Shown here piece by piece: positions 39,405-52,908 of a stretch of 64,000 nucleotides of DNA. A model generated the notes under the pieces. It was not told the DNA's origin, searched no databases, and saw nothing but the letters and a program-made list of their open reading frames with translations. Position numbers and translations under genes: made by a program. This DNA is from the human T2T-CHM13v2.0 reference genome, Homo sapiens, in assembly GCA_009914755.4 (NCBI GenBank), contig CP068257.2:17024001-17088000 (forward strand), written 5' to 3'. Positions within the stretch are counted from its first letter, which is position 1; each line of letters opens with the position of its first letter.

Positions 39405-39743
39405 TATAGTCATCTCTGAGCATCCATGTGGAATTCATTTCAGGATCCCCCATGAATACCAAAATCCATGGATGCTCAAGTCCCTTATATAAAGTGGTAT
39501 ATTATTTGTATATAACCTATGCACATCCTCTTGTATACTGTAAATTATTTCTAGATTACTTATAATACCAAAACAATATAAATACCATGTAAATACTTAC
39601 TATACTGTATTGTTTAGGGAATAATGACAAGAAAAAGTCTGTACGTGTTCACTATTCGTGCAACCATTATTTTTTCAACTATTTTTGATCTGCAGTTGGT
39701 TGAATCTATGAATGAAGAACCCATGGATAGAGAGGGCCAACTG
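39405..39743 (-). mobile_element. Tigger-family MITE (MER44/Tigger3-like), minus orientation, TA-flanked
   Basis: Termini ta|tagtcatctctgagcatccatgtgg… and …cagttggttgaatctatgaatgaagaacccatggatagagagggccaactg|ta match the inverted ends of the cagtcggccctccgtatccgtgggttccgcatccgcggattcaaccaaccgcgg… family. Internal match …tccatggatgctcaagtcccttatataaagtggtat…cctatgcacatcctcttgtatactgtaaattatttctagattacttataatacc…. Confidence 0.6.
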
Positions 39744-39956
39744 TATAAAGAGTCAGGAATAAGAGAAGAATTCTCATTATTATATCTTCGATTCATCATC
39801 GTATGGAAGTACTATCCAATTTCCTATAAGAAGAAAACATGAAACAAAAAAGAAAACAGTGTTCTTCTTTTCATGCAATAGGCTTATCTTCATAGAAAAG
39901 GTATAGAAGAGTCTGCAAACCACTGGAAATATTTAGAAAATTCAGCAAGTTTGCTA

Positions 39957-40033
39957 TAAGGTTGACGCAAAAGTAACTGCAGTTTTTACCATTAAGTCAT
40001 GGTAAAACCGCAATTACTTTTTTGCCATCCTAA
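39957..40033. mobile_element. MADE1 (Hsmar1-derived palindromic MITE)
   Basis: taaggttgacgcaaaagtaactgcagtttttaccattaagtcatggtaaaaccgcaattacttttttgccatcctaa matches the MADE1 consensus. Confidence 0.85.
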
Positions 40034-40232
40034 TAATTTATTACATTCTATGTATTTCTGAGTATATTAGCAATTTCCATACAAAACAAGCAAAGCATTT
40101 TAAAAGAACATTTTAATTTTGATTTTAATTAAAATATTATATTTTAAAATTTCAAATATATTAAATACATTTAAGTATGTAAAATAGAACACATTTAAAA
40201 TGTATTGATATATTAAATATTATACTATTCGC

Positions 40233-40596
40233 TGTAATGGTTAATTTTAAGTGTCAACTTGGAAGATGTTTTGAATGAGTTTAATATTTAAATCAGTGAA
40301 CTTCGATTAAAGCAGATTGCTCCCCATAATGTGAGTGGGCTTCATCCAATCAGTTAAAGACTTGAATAGAACAGAAACCAGCCTTTCTGAGTAAGAGAAC
40401 AATTTTTCAGACGTCAACTGCACTGTCGGCTCTCCTGGGTCTCCAGGCTGCCAGCCCACACTGTAAATTTTAAACTTCCTAGCTTCCATAATTGCATGAG
40501 GAAATTTCTTATTGTAAATCTCTCTCCCTCTCTCTTTTTTTCTCTGTCTCTCCCATTGCCTATCGGTTCTGTTTCTGTGAAGAATCCCGACTCATA
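40233..40596 (+). mobile_element. ERVL-type solo LTR (MLT2-like), plus orientation
   Basis: tgtaatggttaattttaagtgtcaacttgg…aaagcagattgctccccataatgtgagtgggcttcatccaatcagttaaagacttgaatagaacagaaaccagcctttctgagtaagag…ctctcctgggtctccaggctgccagccc…cttcctagcttccataattgcatgag…ctatcggttctgtttctgtgaagaatcccgactcatat tracks the MLT2 consensus along its length. Confidence 0.6.
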
Positions 40597-41738
40597 TATT
40601 CTCACAGTAGCACAAAATTATAAGATATGTAGGAATATATCATATTTTAAAATATCTTTGTGAAAAAATAATAAAACATTTAAAAAATAACAGTACACTT
40701 GAATAAGTGATGGATGTTAGAACATGTTTATGGATGAAGTTATTATGGTGAACATGAAAATTCTTCCCAAATTAATCGATAAATTTAGTGCAATTCCAAT
40801 AAAAATACCATTATACAATAATATTTCATGAAATATGTGAGGTCGATAAACACATATAAAGATTGTCAGCCAAAAGAAGCTGACAATTTTGAAGTAAAAT
40901 GTATGGCTAGTTTTACCTCATAATATTGAAGGTTTATTGAGGGTTATTATAAAATGTGAGTAATTTGGTCAATTTGGTATTTGTGTCAAATTAGACAAAT
41001 AGATCAATAAATTGGAATGAACAACACAGAAATAGCTCAGGTGTAATTGGTACCTGTATACATGTTGCCCGTATGAAGAAGGATTCATCTAGATTCATGT
41101 TTCACATGATGCAACATAGCATTTTGTCTGAATTTGAAATCTAAATATAAAAAATAATACCTTAACACATCTAGATGTTGATGAAAATGTATTTTGGGTA
41201 TAGATGAATTTCTTAAATAAGGCAAAAGCACAAACTATGTGAGATTAATAAATATGACTATATTATTTTTAAATGGCACAGGAAGATGTAATAAAATTAA
41301 AAAGTAAGCCAAAAACTGGGAAAATATATTTTTAAAACAAACAATGAAGAAACAAAACTAATGAGAATACATAAAGAATGACTATATATTAGTACGGAAA
41401 AAAAAAACAGAATAACTAGTAAAAATAATAAAGTATCAATCTAAGCAGTAATAGGGAAGATTCAAGTCAAAACAATGAAACTATTTTATAGTTGTCAAAG
41501 GGATAAAAATTAAGAGGTCTGAAAACACTGAATCCTGTGTACTGGGGAAACTGGAACTCTTAGATACTGGTGTTGGGAATGGAAATTGTTAGTCAATTTG
41601 GAGAACAATTTGACATTTACTAGTAGAGCTGAGAATAATATACAATGACACACTGATTCAACTTCTAGGTTAACAGGATATGTGCAAATGTTGCTAAGGA
41701 TGTTTATGATAGCATTGATTGTAATAAGTAAAGAATAG

Positions 41739-42080
41739 TGATATGGTTTGGCTGTGTGCCAATCCAAATCTCATCTGGAATTCCCACGTGTTATGTGGGG
41801 GACCCGGTGGGAGGTAATTGAATCATGGGAACAGTTCTTTCCTGTTTTGTTCTCATGATAGTTTGTCTCGGGAGATCTGATGGTTTTACAAGGGAGAGTT
41901 GCCCTGCTCAAATTCCTTCTTCTGTTGTCTGCCACCATGTGAGACATGCTTTTCATCTACTGCCATAATTGTGAGGCCTTCCCAGCCACGTGGAACTGTA
42001 AGTCTAATAAACCTCTTTCTTTTGTAAATTGCCCAGTCTCAGGTATGTCTTTATCAGCAGCATGAAAATGGATTAATAAA
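41739..42080 (+). mobile_element. THE1/MST-type MaLR solo LTR, plus orientation
   Basis: tgatatggtttggctgtgtgccaatccaaatctcatctggaattcccacgtgttatgtgggggacccggtgggaggtaattgaatcatgggaacag…ctcatgatag…gatctgatggttttacaagggagag…ccaccatgtgagacatgc…cataattgtgaggccttcccagccacgtggaactgtaagtctaataaacctctttcttttgtaaattgcccagtctcaggtatgtctttatcagcagcatgaaaatggattaataaa. Confidence 0.8.
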
Positions 42081-42445
42081 GTCACCCTTGATTTTGCCAT
42101 TATTAAAATAAAGAATATACATTAGTTTGCTCATAAAATAAAATACTATATGAGAGTTAAATGTATTTATATGTCCAACATAAGTAACATTTAAAAATGT
42201 AGTATTGGATGATGAAAGCAAGTCTTAAAATATATATATTGTATGATAAGATACAATTGGCCATTGAACACCACACGTTTGAATAGCACAGGTTCACTTT
42301 TTTGCAGACTTTATTCTGCTTCTGCCACCCCTGAGACAGCAAGACCAACCCCTCCTTTTCCCCTCTCCTCAGCCTACTCAACATGAACATGATGAGGATG
42401 AAGACCTTTATGATAATCTACTTCCACTTAACAAGTAGTAAATAT

Positions 42446-42585
42446 TCTTCTTCCTCCTCCCCCTCCCCCTCCTCCTCTTCTTCCTCCTCCCCCCTCTTCC
42501 CCCTCTTCACCCTCTTCTCCGTCTTCCCCCTCTTCCCCCTCTTCCCCTTCTCCCTCTCCCTCTCCTTCTCCTTCTTCTTCTTCTA
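42446..42585. repeat. ~140-bp homopyrimidine/homopurine tract, (CCT/CTT/CCCCT)n on plus strand
   Basis: tcttcttcctcctccccctccccctcctcctcttcttcctcctcccccctcttccccctcttcaccctcttctccgtcttccccctcttccccctcttccccttctccctctccctctccttctccttcttcttcttct has no purine on this strand except two isolated bases. It lies directly upstream of the minus-strand Alu poly-T, so it is an expanded Alu tail. Confidence 0.9.
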
Positions 42586-42864
<279 letters not shown>

Positions 42865-45340
42865 ATATTTTCGCTTCCTTATAATTTTCTTAATAATATT
42901 TTTTCTCTAGTTTGTTTTATTGTAACAATAGAGTATATAAAACATATAACATACAAAATATGTGTTACTCAATTGTTACGTTTTCTGTAAGGCTTCTGGT
43001 CAACAGTAGGCTGTTAGTAGACTGCACAGGGGTTGGTGTCCCCAACCCCCACATTGTTCAAGGATCAACTATACAATCGATTTTATCAATAATAAAGCCA
43101 AATATTTTACTTCTAATTATACACATATAGAATAAAAACATAAAGTTATGCACATTTATTTATTTAATGCTATTTGACATTTTAATGTATTTTTCTACAA
43201 AATGCCTGCTCATATGTTCTACCCACATTCCTATTGTATTTTTTCTTATTACTACTTGTTATTCTAAGGTATTATAAAACAATATTTTAGAACTATTTTT
43301 GTCAAGTCAATTGATTTGTGCTGTTCTTTGTTCATTATTTGTGCAAATATTACTTCAATTATTTTTATTATTTTATGCAGTTATATCTATTAATCTTTTC
43401 CTGATTCTTTTATATATATTCATTTAACATGTTATAGCTTTCTATAGTCACACATCTACCATGTTGAAATGAATTGAAATCATGAAATCATGTTAAATAT
43501 TTTAACATTAGTTTTTATGAAAAATTTGCCTCTGATTTTCAGAAAATATTATATAGTGTCCAACACTGGAAGATTTTAGTTTCTGTATTTGTTTTTAAAC
43601 AAAATTGGTGTTATATTTTATCACATGACTTTTTAGCATCTGTCAAGATTATGGAGACCATGGGAAACAATGAATTTAGAGAACAAGAAGATTCCTGGTA
43701 GCAGCAATAAAAAAGACATGAGAGCACAAGGTTTCCCTAGTTTACTTCAAATCAATTGTATATGCTTCAAAAATAAAGTTATTAGGTTATTTTCATCCTT
43801 ACTAGAATGAGGAAGGTATACAGAAAAGTTATTTAACAACTGGTATAATGCAACTAATTCGAATTAAAGTTAGGGCAGAGTCCTGAAGGTGCCCTGATGG
43901 ACCAGGGATTAATTTTTCAGTTCATGGACTGTGTACAAATCTCAGAAATTAGAGATTCAGCAGGGGCATCTTGGGTGGGAAGGGCAACCAGGATGCAAGA
44001 ACTAACCAATGTATCTTTAAACAGACAAAAAATATTACTAAATTGATATTAATATTGATAATAATATCAGTATGTCGATTGAATATCAACACACTATAAA
44101 TACTAGTTAAAATAATATTTGTCATTATTGGCCTTTCAAGTTATTAATTATTCAAATTGCATATTCTTTCAATGATGCAATGCCATTTAATTTTGAAAGT
44201 ATCATCACATAAATTTTCTTCCTAGATATCTAAAATAATTTTAAATTTATTGTGTCATTGAAATTTTGTTATATAGTCACACATGCGCAGGTTGAGCACA
44301 ATTTTATACTTATTCATTTTTATGCTTTATTAATTACATTTAATAAATATATTGAATACTAAAAATATTTCTGGCACTAAAATATTAGTACAAACTTCAA
44401 AGGTTATCAATTTAAGATCAGTACAGTCACAAATGGGGTATTTAACAATGGGTGGGGACCTATATGATTGTTAGAGTAACTGGAAGATGCTACTGACATT
44501 TATTGAGTGTGGGCTAGGAATGGTCAACCTCTTAGAATACATAGTCCATACAAAGAGTTATTGTGTAAATCCAAATACAAAGAATGTTCTCATTGATATA
44601 TACTGATCCATTTTTTTAGGGGCTATGCAGATTCAAATGAAATGCAACACAATGAAAATATGTAGTTCATTGTCAATGAATGCATGGTATTTGCATGTGG
44701 GTTTGTATATTGTTAAATTTGAGCAATTAATCTGTGGAATTATATTTATGATCTCTGAAGATGGCTGTATGTAGTATTTATTTCTTAAATTACCAATAAT
44801 CTAAATAAGTATATAACACAGCTTAATAAAAAATATGTGTATATATGGATGTGTGTATCTATCGCTCTCTATATATGAAACATACAGAGTTTTATATTTC
44901 ATTCTATCATTGTAACTATAGTAAGTGAAGGCAACCATACTGCCTTGGTTTTCCCATTGCATGCTACTATTTGTTTTGATCAAATTCTTGCCTAAATCAG
45001 AATGCTAAAGCACTTCAGAGCTCAATCCTTCAACCTCTTTTGTATTTACATCCACTTCCTAATTGAAAGTTCAGGTTCCTTGACTTTAAATGTCATTTAT
45101 GAAGTTGTAACTCTTACATTTCTATCTCCACCCCGATCATTGCCCTGAAATTCAGATTGTAAATTCAACTGTCAGTTGCAATACACATTTTCACACAAAA
45201 AAACGATGTCTGCTTCCAAATCTTGATAAAGACCTCATGAGAAACCCTGAGACAACCAACTTGAATGTAGAATGGTTATTTCGAACTAAACAATTTGTAA
45301 GCCAAGCCTTTTACTTTCCTCCTCAGACACCCTCCTTGTC

Positions 45341-45388
45341 CAGTTTTTCTTCTGCAATCTCAATCAGTTTTTCTTCTGCAATCTCAAT
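45341..45388 (+). repeat. Perfect 24-bp tandem duplication (cagtttttcttctgcaatctcaat x2)
   Basis: Identical adjacent copies at 45341-45364 and 45365-45388. Confidence 0.85.
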
Positions 45389-47063
45389 AAATGCAATGAC
45401 CAAAAATCTCTGCCACAAATATCAAAATCGTAAGCAAGTGCTTCAAGTTCTATTTAGCATGACTACCATCAGTTAGAAAAAGCAGAATTCTATTTATGAG
45501 AGACTACCATAAAAGGCACATATTGACCAATCTTATTTATGAGCATTTATTTATGAGCACTTATTGTATTGTATATTTCAAAATATCTAGAAGAGAGGAT
45601 TTCAAATGTTATCATCACAATGACATAATAAATGATTGAAATGATGGAGAAGCTAAATGCTCTGATTTGATCATTTCAAGAATGTATACATGTATCCAAA
45701 CATCACACAGTAATAAATAAATATGTATAATTATTACATGTCATTTAGAAATAAAATGCTACTTAAAAAATAAAAAATTTAAATCTAAAGCAAAATATTG
45801 ACAAGAAGAATCTAACAATCATTCTCAAAATTATTTGGCCAAGTAGAGATATTCTTCAGTAATATGAAGCTGATTTTATACCAACATATTTATGAATATA
45901 ATATGTAAGTAAAGTAGAAAATCAAATGATTATATTCATTGATGCTAAAAGACATTTAATAAAATATAGAAGCCACTTTCAAAAAAATTATAAATAGAAG
46001 AAAACTTTAAATGAATACACAATAATTTGGTAAAACCAATAGCAGTGTTTATTCTAAATGGTAAACCTCAAAATTTATTTTTATAAATTCCTAAAGAAAG
46101 AATCTTTTTGTCTGATGTCAACTTAACTATTCTACACCTTTGAGGTCAAAGGAAATATAGAGAAAAATAAAATACTTTTCAATATTTTGTAATACAAAAA
46201 GGAATAAAATTGTCTCATGTTGTCATGTAATTACACACCTACATGGAAGAAATTCTAGTAAATGTCTACAACACGGAAAAGACCATAGTAAATTAATAAT
46301 GAAATTATTAATAATGAATAGTGAAATGTATGCTTTCATAAAAGGCAGAAAAAATCAATAACTTATCTCCCTACCAACCTGAAACACTTTTAATTGGAAA
46401 TGGGAAAGTATACCATTCACAAAAATATAGACACTGGGAGATGTTTCAAAAGATAAAAGACTCATAGGATGTCCTGAATACATAGAAGGGTATTCCCATG
46501 TTCTTGGATAGGAAGAGTTCGAGTAATGAAAATGCCAATTCTTTAACAAATAAATATATAAGTGAACTAAAATTCCAATAAGAATTTGAGTTTATAGGAT
46601 AAAATGACCTAAAGTTAGATATAAAAAATAAATATTCAATAGTTAAGAGAGTTTTGAAAAATAACAAATTGAGAAATCATTAGCATATATTAGAATGCAC
46701 TACAAAGTTACTAGGATCAGCACAGCATGCTTAAATAATATAATTAGATAAGTAAATAACTACAAGGGAGTCATGAACTCAGGAAAATATATATTTTCCT
46801 GAGTATAAATAAGAAAATAGGTGCTTCTATTCTGTTTAGAAAAGAGTCTATTTAATCAATTGTGATGGCATAATTGACCAAATATGTAGAAAAAAATAAA
46901 TCTGAGCCGTTAAGTTGCAGTATAAGCACAAATAAACTCTATATGCATTACAGTTGCTGATTACTGGGATATCATCAATTCAGGCCTCACACCCATGGAC
47001 AATGAATGATGTATTTCCTAATTATTGCAAACGTCTTTTTTCCTAATTTCTATACTTTGAAGG

Positions 47064-49365
47064 TGATATGGTTTGGCTGTGTCCCCACCCAAATCTTATC
47101 TTGAATTGTAATCCCCATGTTTCTAGGGAAAGACCCAGCGGGAGTTACTGAATAATGGGGTTGGTTTCTCTCATGCTGTTCTCATGATAGTGAATGAGTT
47201 CTTATGAGATCTGATGGTTTCATAAGCATATGGCATTTCCCCTGCTGGCACTCATTCTCTCTCCTGCCACCCTGTGAAGAGTTGCCTTCTGCCATGATTG
47301 TAAGTTTCCTGGGGCCTCCCCACACCTGCAGAACTAGGCATCAATTAAATTTCTTTTTTTATAAATTACCTAGTCTCAAATATTTCTTCATAACAGCATG
47401 AGAATGGACTAATACAGTAAATTGGTACCAGGAGTGAGGTGTGCATGCTGCTGTAAAGATACCCAAAAGTGTGGAATTGACTTTGGAACTGAATTACAGG
47501 CAGAAGTTGGAACAATTTGGAGGAATCAGAAGAAGACGACAGAAAAATGTGCAAAAGTTTGGAACTTCCTAGAGACTTGAAGGGTTCAGAAGATTGAAAG
47601 ATGTGGGGAAAGTTTCAAACTTCCTAGGGACTTGTTGAATGGCTTTGAACAAAATGCTTAGAATAATATGGACAATGAATTCCAGGCTGAGGTGGTCTCA
47701 GATGGAGGTGAGGGACTTGTTGGGAACTTGAATAGAAGTGATTCTTGCTATGCTTTAGCAAAGAGACTAGTGGCATACTGCAACTCTCCTAGAGATCTGT
47801 GGAACTGTGAACTTGAGAAAGATGATTTATGGTATCTGGTGGACAGAAATTTCTAAGTGGCAAAGTGTTCAAGAGGAAGCAGAGCATAAAAGTTTGGAAA
47901 ATTTGCAGGCTGGTGATGTGATAGAAAAGAAAATCTCATTTTCTGGGGAGAAATTCAAGCCAGCTACAGAAATGTGCATAAGCAATGAGGAGCCCAACGT
48001 TATTCACCAAGATAATGGGGAAAATGTCTCCAAGACATTTCAGAGACCTTCACTGCAGCCCCTCACATCACAGGCCCAGAGGCCTGTGGTTTCATGGACT
48101 GGCCAGGGCCCCCTGCTCTGTGCAGCCTTGGGACATGATGGCCTGAATCCCAGCTGCTTCAGCGCTAGCTGTAGCTAAAAGGGGTCAACGTACAGCTTGA
48201 GCCATTGTTTCAGAGGGTGCCAGCTCCAAGCCTTGATGGCTTCCAAGTGGTGTTGAGCCTATGGGTAGACAGAAGTCAACAACTGAGGTTTGGGAACCTC
48301 CGCCTAGATTTCAGAGGATGTATGGAAATGCCTGGAGATTCAGACAGAAGTTTGCTGCAGGGGTGGGGACTTCATGGAGAACCTCTGCTAGGGAAGTGCA
48401 GAAAAGAAATGTAGGGTTGGTGCTCCCACACAGAGTCCCCTCTGGGGCACTGCCTAATGGAGTTGTGAGAAGACAGCCACCATTCTCCAGACCCCAAAAT
48501 GGTAGATCCACCAACAGCTTGCACCGTGTGCCTGGAAAAATCTGACAGTCAATGTCAGCCTATGAAAGCAGCCAGGAGCTGGGCTATACCCTGCAGAGCC
48601 ACAGGGGCAGAGATGCCCAAGACCACGGGAACCTAACTGTTTCATCAGCGTGACCTGGATGTAAGATATGGAATCAAAAGAGATCATTTTGGAGCTTTAA
48701 GATTTGACTGCCCCATTGGATTTCAGACTTTCATAGGGCCTGCAGCCCCTTGGTTTTGGCCAATTTGTCTCCTTTGGAACAGCTGTATTTACCCAATGCC
48801 TGTACCCCCACTGTATCTAGGAAGTAACTAACTTGCTTTTGATTTTACAGGCTTATAGGCAGAAGGGACTTGCCTTGTCTCAGATGAGACTTTGGACCGT
48901 GTTCTTTTGGGTTAATGCTGAAATGAGTTAAGACTTTCCATGACTGTTGAGAAGGCATGATTGGTTTTGAAATTTGAGGACATGAGATTTGGGAGGTGCC
49001 AGAGGCAGAATGATGTGGTTTGGTTGTGTCCTAACCCAAATCCCATCTTGAATTTTAATCCCCATGTGTCATTGGAGGGACCTGGTAGGAGGTAATTGAA
49101 TCATGGGAGTAGTTTCCCCAGTGCTATTCTCGTGATAGTGAGTGAGTTATCATGAGATCTGATGGTTTTATAAGCATCCAGCATTTCCCCTGCAGGCCCT
49201 CATTCTCTCTCCCACCACCCTCTGAAGAGGTGCCTTCTGCCTTAGTTGTAAGTTTCTTGAGGCCTCCCCAGCCATGCTAAACTGTGAGTCAATTAAGCCT
49301 CTTTCCTTTCTAAATTACCCAGTCACAAGTATGTCTTCATAGCAGCATGAGAATGGACTAATACA
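47064..49365 (+). mobile_element. MSTA/THE1-type MaLR element, full-length (LTR-internal-LTR), plus orientation
   Basis: 5' LTR 47064-47416 (tgatatggtttggctgtgtccccacccaaatcttatcttgaattgtaatccccatg … catgattgtaagtttcctggggcctcc…aaattacctagtctcaaatatttcttcataacagcatgagaatggactaataca). The ~1.6-kb internal region is homologous to 28022-29602 (minus) and 35553-36069. 3' LTR 49021-49365 (tgatgtggtttggttgtgtcctaacccaaatcccatcttgaatttt … ggactaataca). Flanks gaagg / gagga are an imperfect 5-bp TSD. Confidence 0.85.
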
Positions 49366-49685
49366 GAGGAATTGATCACAAATATGTTTGCTGTTCCCCT
49401 AAAATGATCTGAGGAGGATTTTTCTTGCCTTTAGTGACTCCCTGCTATTTGAGGAGCTTAGTTTCATTTCCAAGTACTAGAGACCAGGCTCTTCCTCACA
49501 CACTTTCATCTGCATACTCCAGGTTTTAAGCATAAACTTGTATCTGCATCTCTGCTTCCTTTATGACTCTTTAGACCTCAAGTCTTCTTGAATTTTATCA
49601 TTTTGAATTTATTCTTTGTTTCCTGAACCAGGGTGTTTTCTTTGTTAGGTATACCTTTGATTTAATGTTAAAATGTGTTCACAGG

Positions 49686-50050
<365 letters not shown>

Positions 50051-50395
50051 TTAAACAGTTTTTTATATGGTTTCTATAATTTCTATCATTTGAAACAGGA
50101 AAGGAGGGGTTGCAATTATGTTCTGAGACTGTCAATTTCAAAATATTCTATTAGTTTTTAGAAATTTATTTGCATAGAGGTAGTAACTGTTAATTGTATT
50201 AAAAGATGATTTGAAAGCTTAAAATGGAAAACATATCCACTGATTATTTCTGAGAATTATAAAGATATTATCCTTAGGTTAGGCTATTTTTGTGAGAAAA
50301 CAACTCACTCACCTCAGCTCATGGTATTCTTGTATTTTCTGGAAACAGTAGTTGAAAATTGCTGCATAGCAATTTATACTTAATAAACTACATAT

Positions 50396-50450
50396 ATGTG
50401 TGTGTGTGTGTATATATGTATATATATACACAGATATATATATGTATTTT
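50396..50450. repeat. Compound (GT)n/(AT)n/(TATG)n simple repeat
   Basis: atgtgtgtgtgtgtgtatatatgtatatatatacacagatatatatatgtatt. Confidence 0.8.
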
Positions 50451-50642
50451 TTTAACAATCTGTTGACATCGGTATTATTCCTTCAGTTTCCTACTGTAAT
50501 AGAATGTGGCCAAAAAGAAATGGCTTATCACAGATTGTCTTCCCCCAAAGTAGTAAAGAAATCAATCACTCAGACTTGGGAGGTTGCTTCTATGATCTTT
50601 TCACTAATACTTACTACTTCCCAGCATAAATTACACTTTAGG

Positions 50643-50718
50643 CTTCTTTCTTCCTTCTTTTCTTTTTCTTTCTTGCTTCTTTTTTTCTTTCCTTCCTTTG
50701 TTTATATTTTCTTTCCTT
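50643..50718. repeat. Pyrimidine-rich (TTTC/TTCC)n-like simple repeat
   Basis: ttctttcttccttcttttctttttctttcttgcttctttttttctttccttcctttgtttatattttctttcc. This explains the low-complexity 136-aa ORF at 50400-50810. Confidence 0.7.
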
Positions 50719-51059
50719 TTTTAAAAAACAAAATTCTTAATTTGGGTAACTTTCCTTTTAAGGAAGTTGAATCACTTTCTAAAGCAAACAGAACACCAGT
50801 AGATTACTAAGCTGACTGTAAATTAAAATCAAGCTTTACTTCCCTGAGACCCAACTAGGTATTAATGAGTACAAAGTAGGTTCATTCAATAGAACATTGA
50901 AAAGGGACCATATTTTCACTCCTGCTCTGTCAATATATATATAACACAAAAATATTATCTGCCAGTAAGAATGGCCTTAGTCTATTTATATTCTGTTTAA
51001 TAAGCACCCTTTCAGCATTGTACAGACAAAAGCTGTATCTTTCTTCTTGATTTCTGCTC

Positions 51060-51237
51060 TTCAAAATAGGGCATGCTTTAATTTTTAAGAAGGAGAAAAT
51101 GCCTGTTCGGATGAAAACTAATCACTACACATCATTTTCAAGGGAGAAAGGAACAGCAGATGCTTAAAAGACTAAACAGTGTTCCTTTCCAAATAAATAT
51201 CTCTGATTATTCTTTCCTGTGGTTGACTAACTGTATA
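51060..51237 (-). repeat. Unclassified low-copy repeat, copy B (inverted partner of 37865-38067)
   Basis: The reverse complement of 51060-51237 aligns to 37865-38045 at ~93% identity (…ggttgactaactgtata at one end, cttcaaaatagggcatgc at the other). Confidence 0.6.
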
Positions 51238-51897
51238 AAACATGATTAGGTCTAACGCTCTATTGATGTATCACAGTCTTAGGCAGAGTTAACAGTATAC
51301 TTAGCTTGGGCCTGCCTTTCTTTCTTTTCCCATTTTCCTAGCTGCAGTGTGGCATAGCCCTTAGTCGATACAGCAACTCCCTCCTAAGCAAGCATTAAAT
51401 TGAACACATGAATGGCAGCATTTTAAAGGAGATCTGATAACCCAGACATGCTTGCGGCTTTTAAAGAGGCCACATCAGATAAAAAGAACTACTGGACACT
51501 TGAGAGCTGACATATTCTTCTAAAAAAGAAAAGATCTTGAGAAATCAATTGGGCCATAGAGAATATTCTCCAAAAGATCAAATAGGGCAAAAGAATGTTT
51601 CTATTTCTCTAGAGCAGCATACAATATTTAGAGAAAATGCTCTTTCAAATAGTCAAAAGAATTTATTCATACAGTATTTTTATATAAAGAGTTGAGCCTA
51701 ATACTTCTGAGAATGACTTTAAAATCTCCCACATTTTGTCAACAATCTTAGACTTTAATCCTAAAAAAAAATCTTGAAAATGTTTTCCATCATCACAGAT
51801 GCCCAAAGGAAAAATACACTCTTCAAAAAGTGAGTTCATAAATCATTTAGTTTTTCAATACTTAAAGAATGAAATAGAATTTCCTGAAGGCCTTCTG

Positions 51898-51970
51898 TGT
51901 ATGTATGGGTGTGTATGTTTGTGTGTGTATGTGTGTGTGTGGGATAGAGAGAGAGAGAAAAAAAAATTAG
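51898..51970. repeat. Compound (GT)n-(GA)n-(A)n simple repeat
   Basis: gtatgtatgggtgtgtatgtttgtgtgtgtatgtgtgtgtgtgggatagagagagagagaaaaaaaaa. Confidence 0.8.
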
Positions 51971-52254
51971 CAGAATACTGTATATCCAAAGTTCAGCATA
52001 ATATTAATGATAATCTAATTTCAGAAGAAAATTTAAAAAATATTTCTAATGATACTGATCTTTGAAATCTAGAACTTTATGTAAAAAACCACTCCAAATT
52101 GGAAACATATTTGTCATTTTCTAAAGGAACTATGCCTATCAATCAATGGACTACATCTGGTTAGCCATTTGTGTGATTCTTTTCATCATTACAGACCTAC
52201 ATTGATTTTACTAAACAACTGAATGGAATAAGCCTTTAAAAAATAAAAACAAGA

Positions 52255-52312
52255 ACAGAAGAAAAGAAGGAAGGAAGGAAGGAAGAAACTAAGAAAGAAA
52301 GGAAGAAAGAAC
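52255..52312. repeat. (GGAA)n/(GAAA)n purine microsatellite
   Basis: gaagaaaagaaggaaggaaggaaggaagaaactaagaaagaaaggaagaaagaacc. Confidence 0.8.
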
Positions 52313-52908
52313 CTAACCTAAGAAATAAGCAACATGTACCCTCAGACGTTTGGCTCATTGCCAAGCTAAACAAACCTTCACAATTTGCAGAAAGTAAACT
52401 TAAATATCGTTGTTGTCAACTTAAAATCAATGAGTTGGGTGAAAACAATCAAGTACCAAAGTCAGAAGTGTACAACGACTGTCACATTAGTGCCATGAGA
52501 CATGGCCTCATTTGGTGAAACTGTGTGTATTTTTTAAAGCAGCTGTAGGCAAGCAAATACTTCATGACGTTAAATCAACCACATAAGGAAACTGAAATAA
52601 GTAATTACTCTAGGGAAGTGAGCAATTAACAACTGAGCACACATACGGATTTCTTTGAATGTAAGTCAATAAGACTCTATGTTTCCAGAGAAGAATTCTC
52701 TCCCAATTATATTTCTCCCTAACAGTAAGAACAGTAGGGTGGGAAGAGTCAATAATACATGCCCAATAAACATGATTTGAATGAATAAATTGGTATTTGT
52801 TAAAGAACTATAAAAACTACAGTAATAATGGAGAAAATTTTCTCATATTCCTTTAGATATTTTTGATTATTTTTTCTTCCCCCATGCACTTGCTAATAGT
52901 TTCTCTCA

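Noticed and set aside
46400-46900. Possible very old LINE ORF2 remnant (…gaatgcactacaaagttactaggatcagcacagcatgc… faintly resembling L1 …cacactacctgatttcaaaatatactacaaagctatagtaatcaaaacagtgtgg…)
   Set aside because: The match is patchy and could be coincidence in AT-rich DNA. It would need RepeatMasker to confirm.
47807-48178. 123-aa plus-strand ORF
   Set aside because: Sits inside the internal region of the MSTA/THE1-type element 47064-49365, so it has the same explanation as above.
50400-50810. 136-aa plus-strand ORF
   Set aside because: It begins in a (GT)n/(AT)n repeat and runs through a (TTTC)n pyrimidine tract. The protein is low-complexity (CVCIYVYIY…, FFSFSFLLLFFF…) and is a translation artefact of simple sequence.
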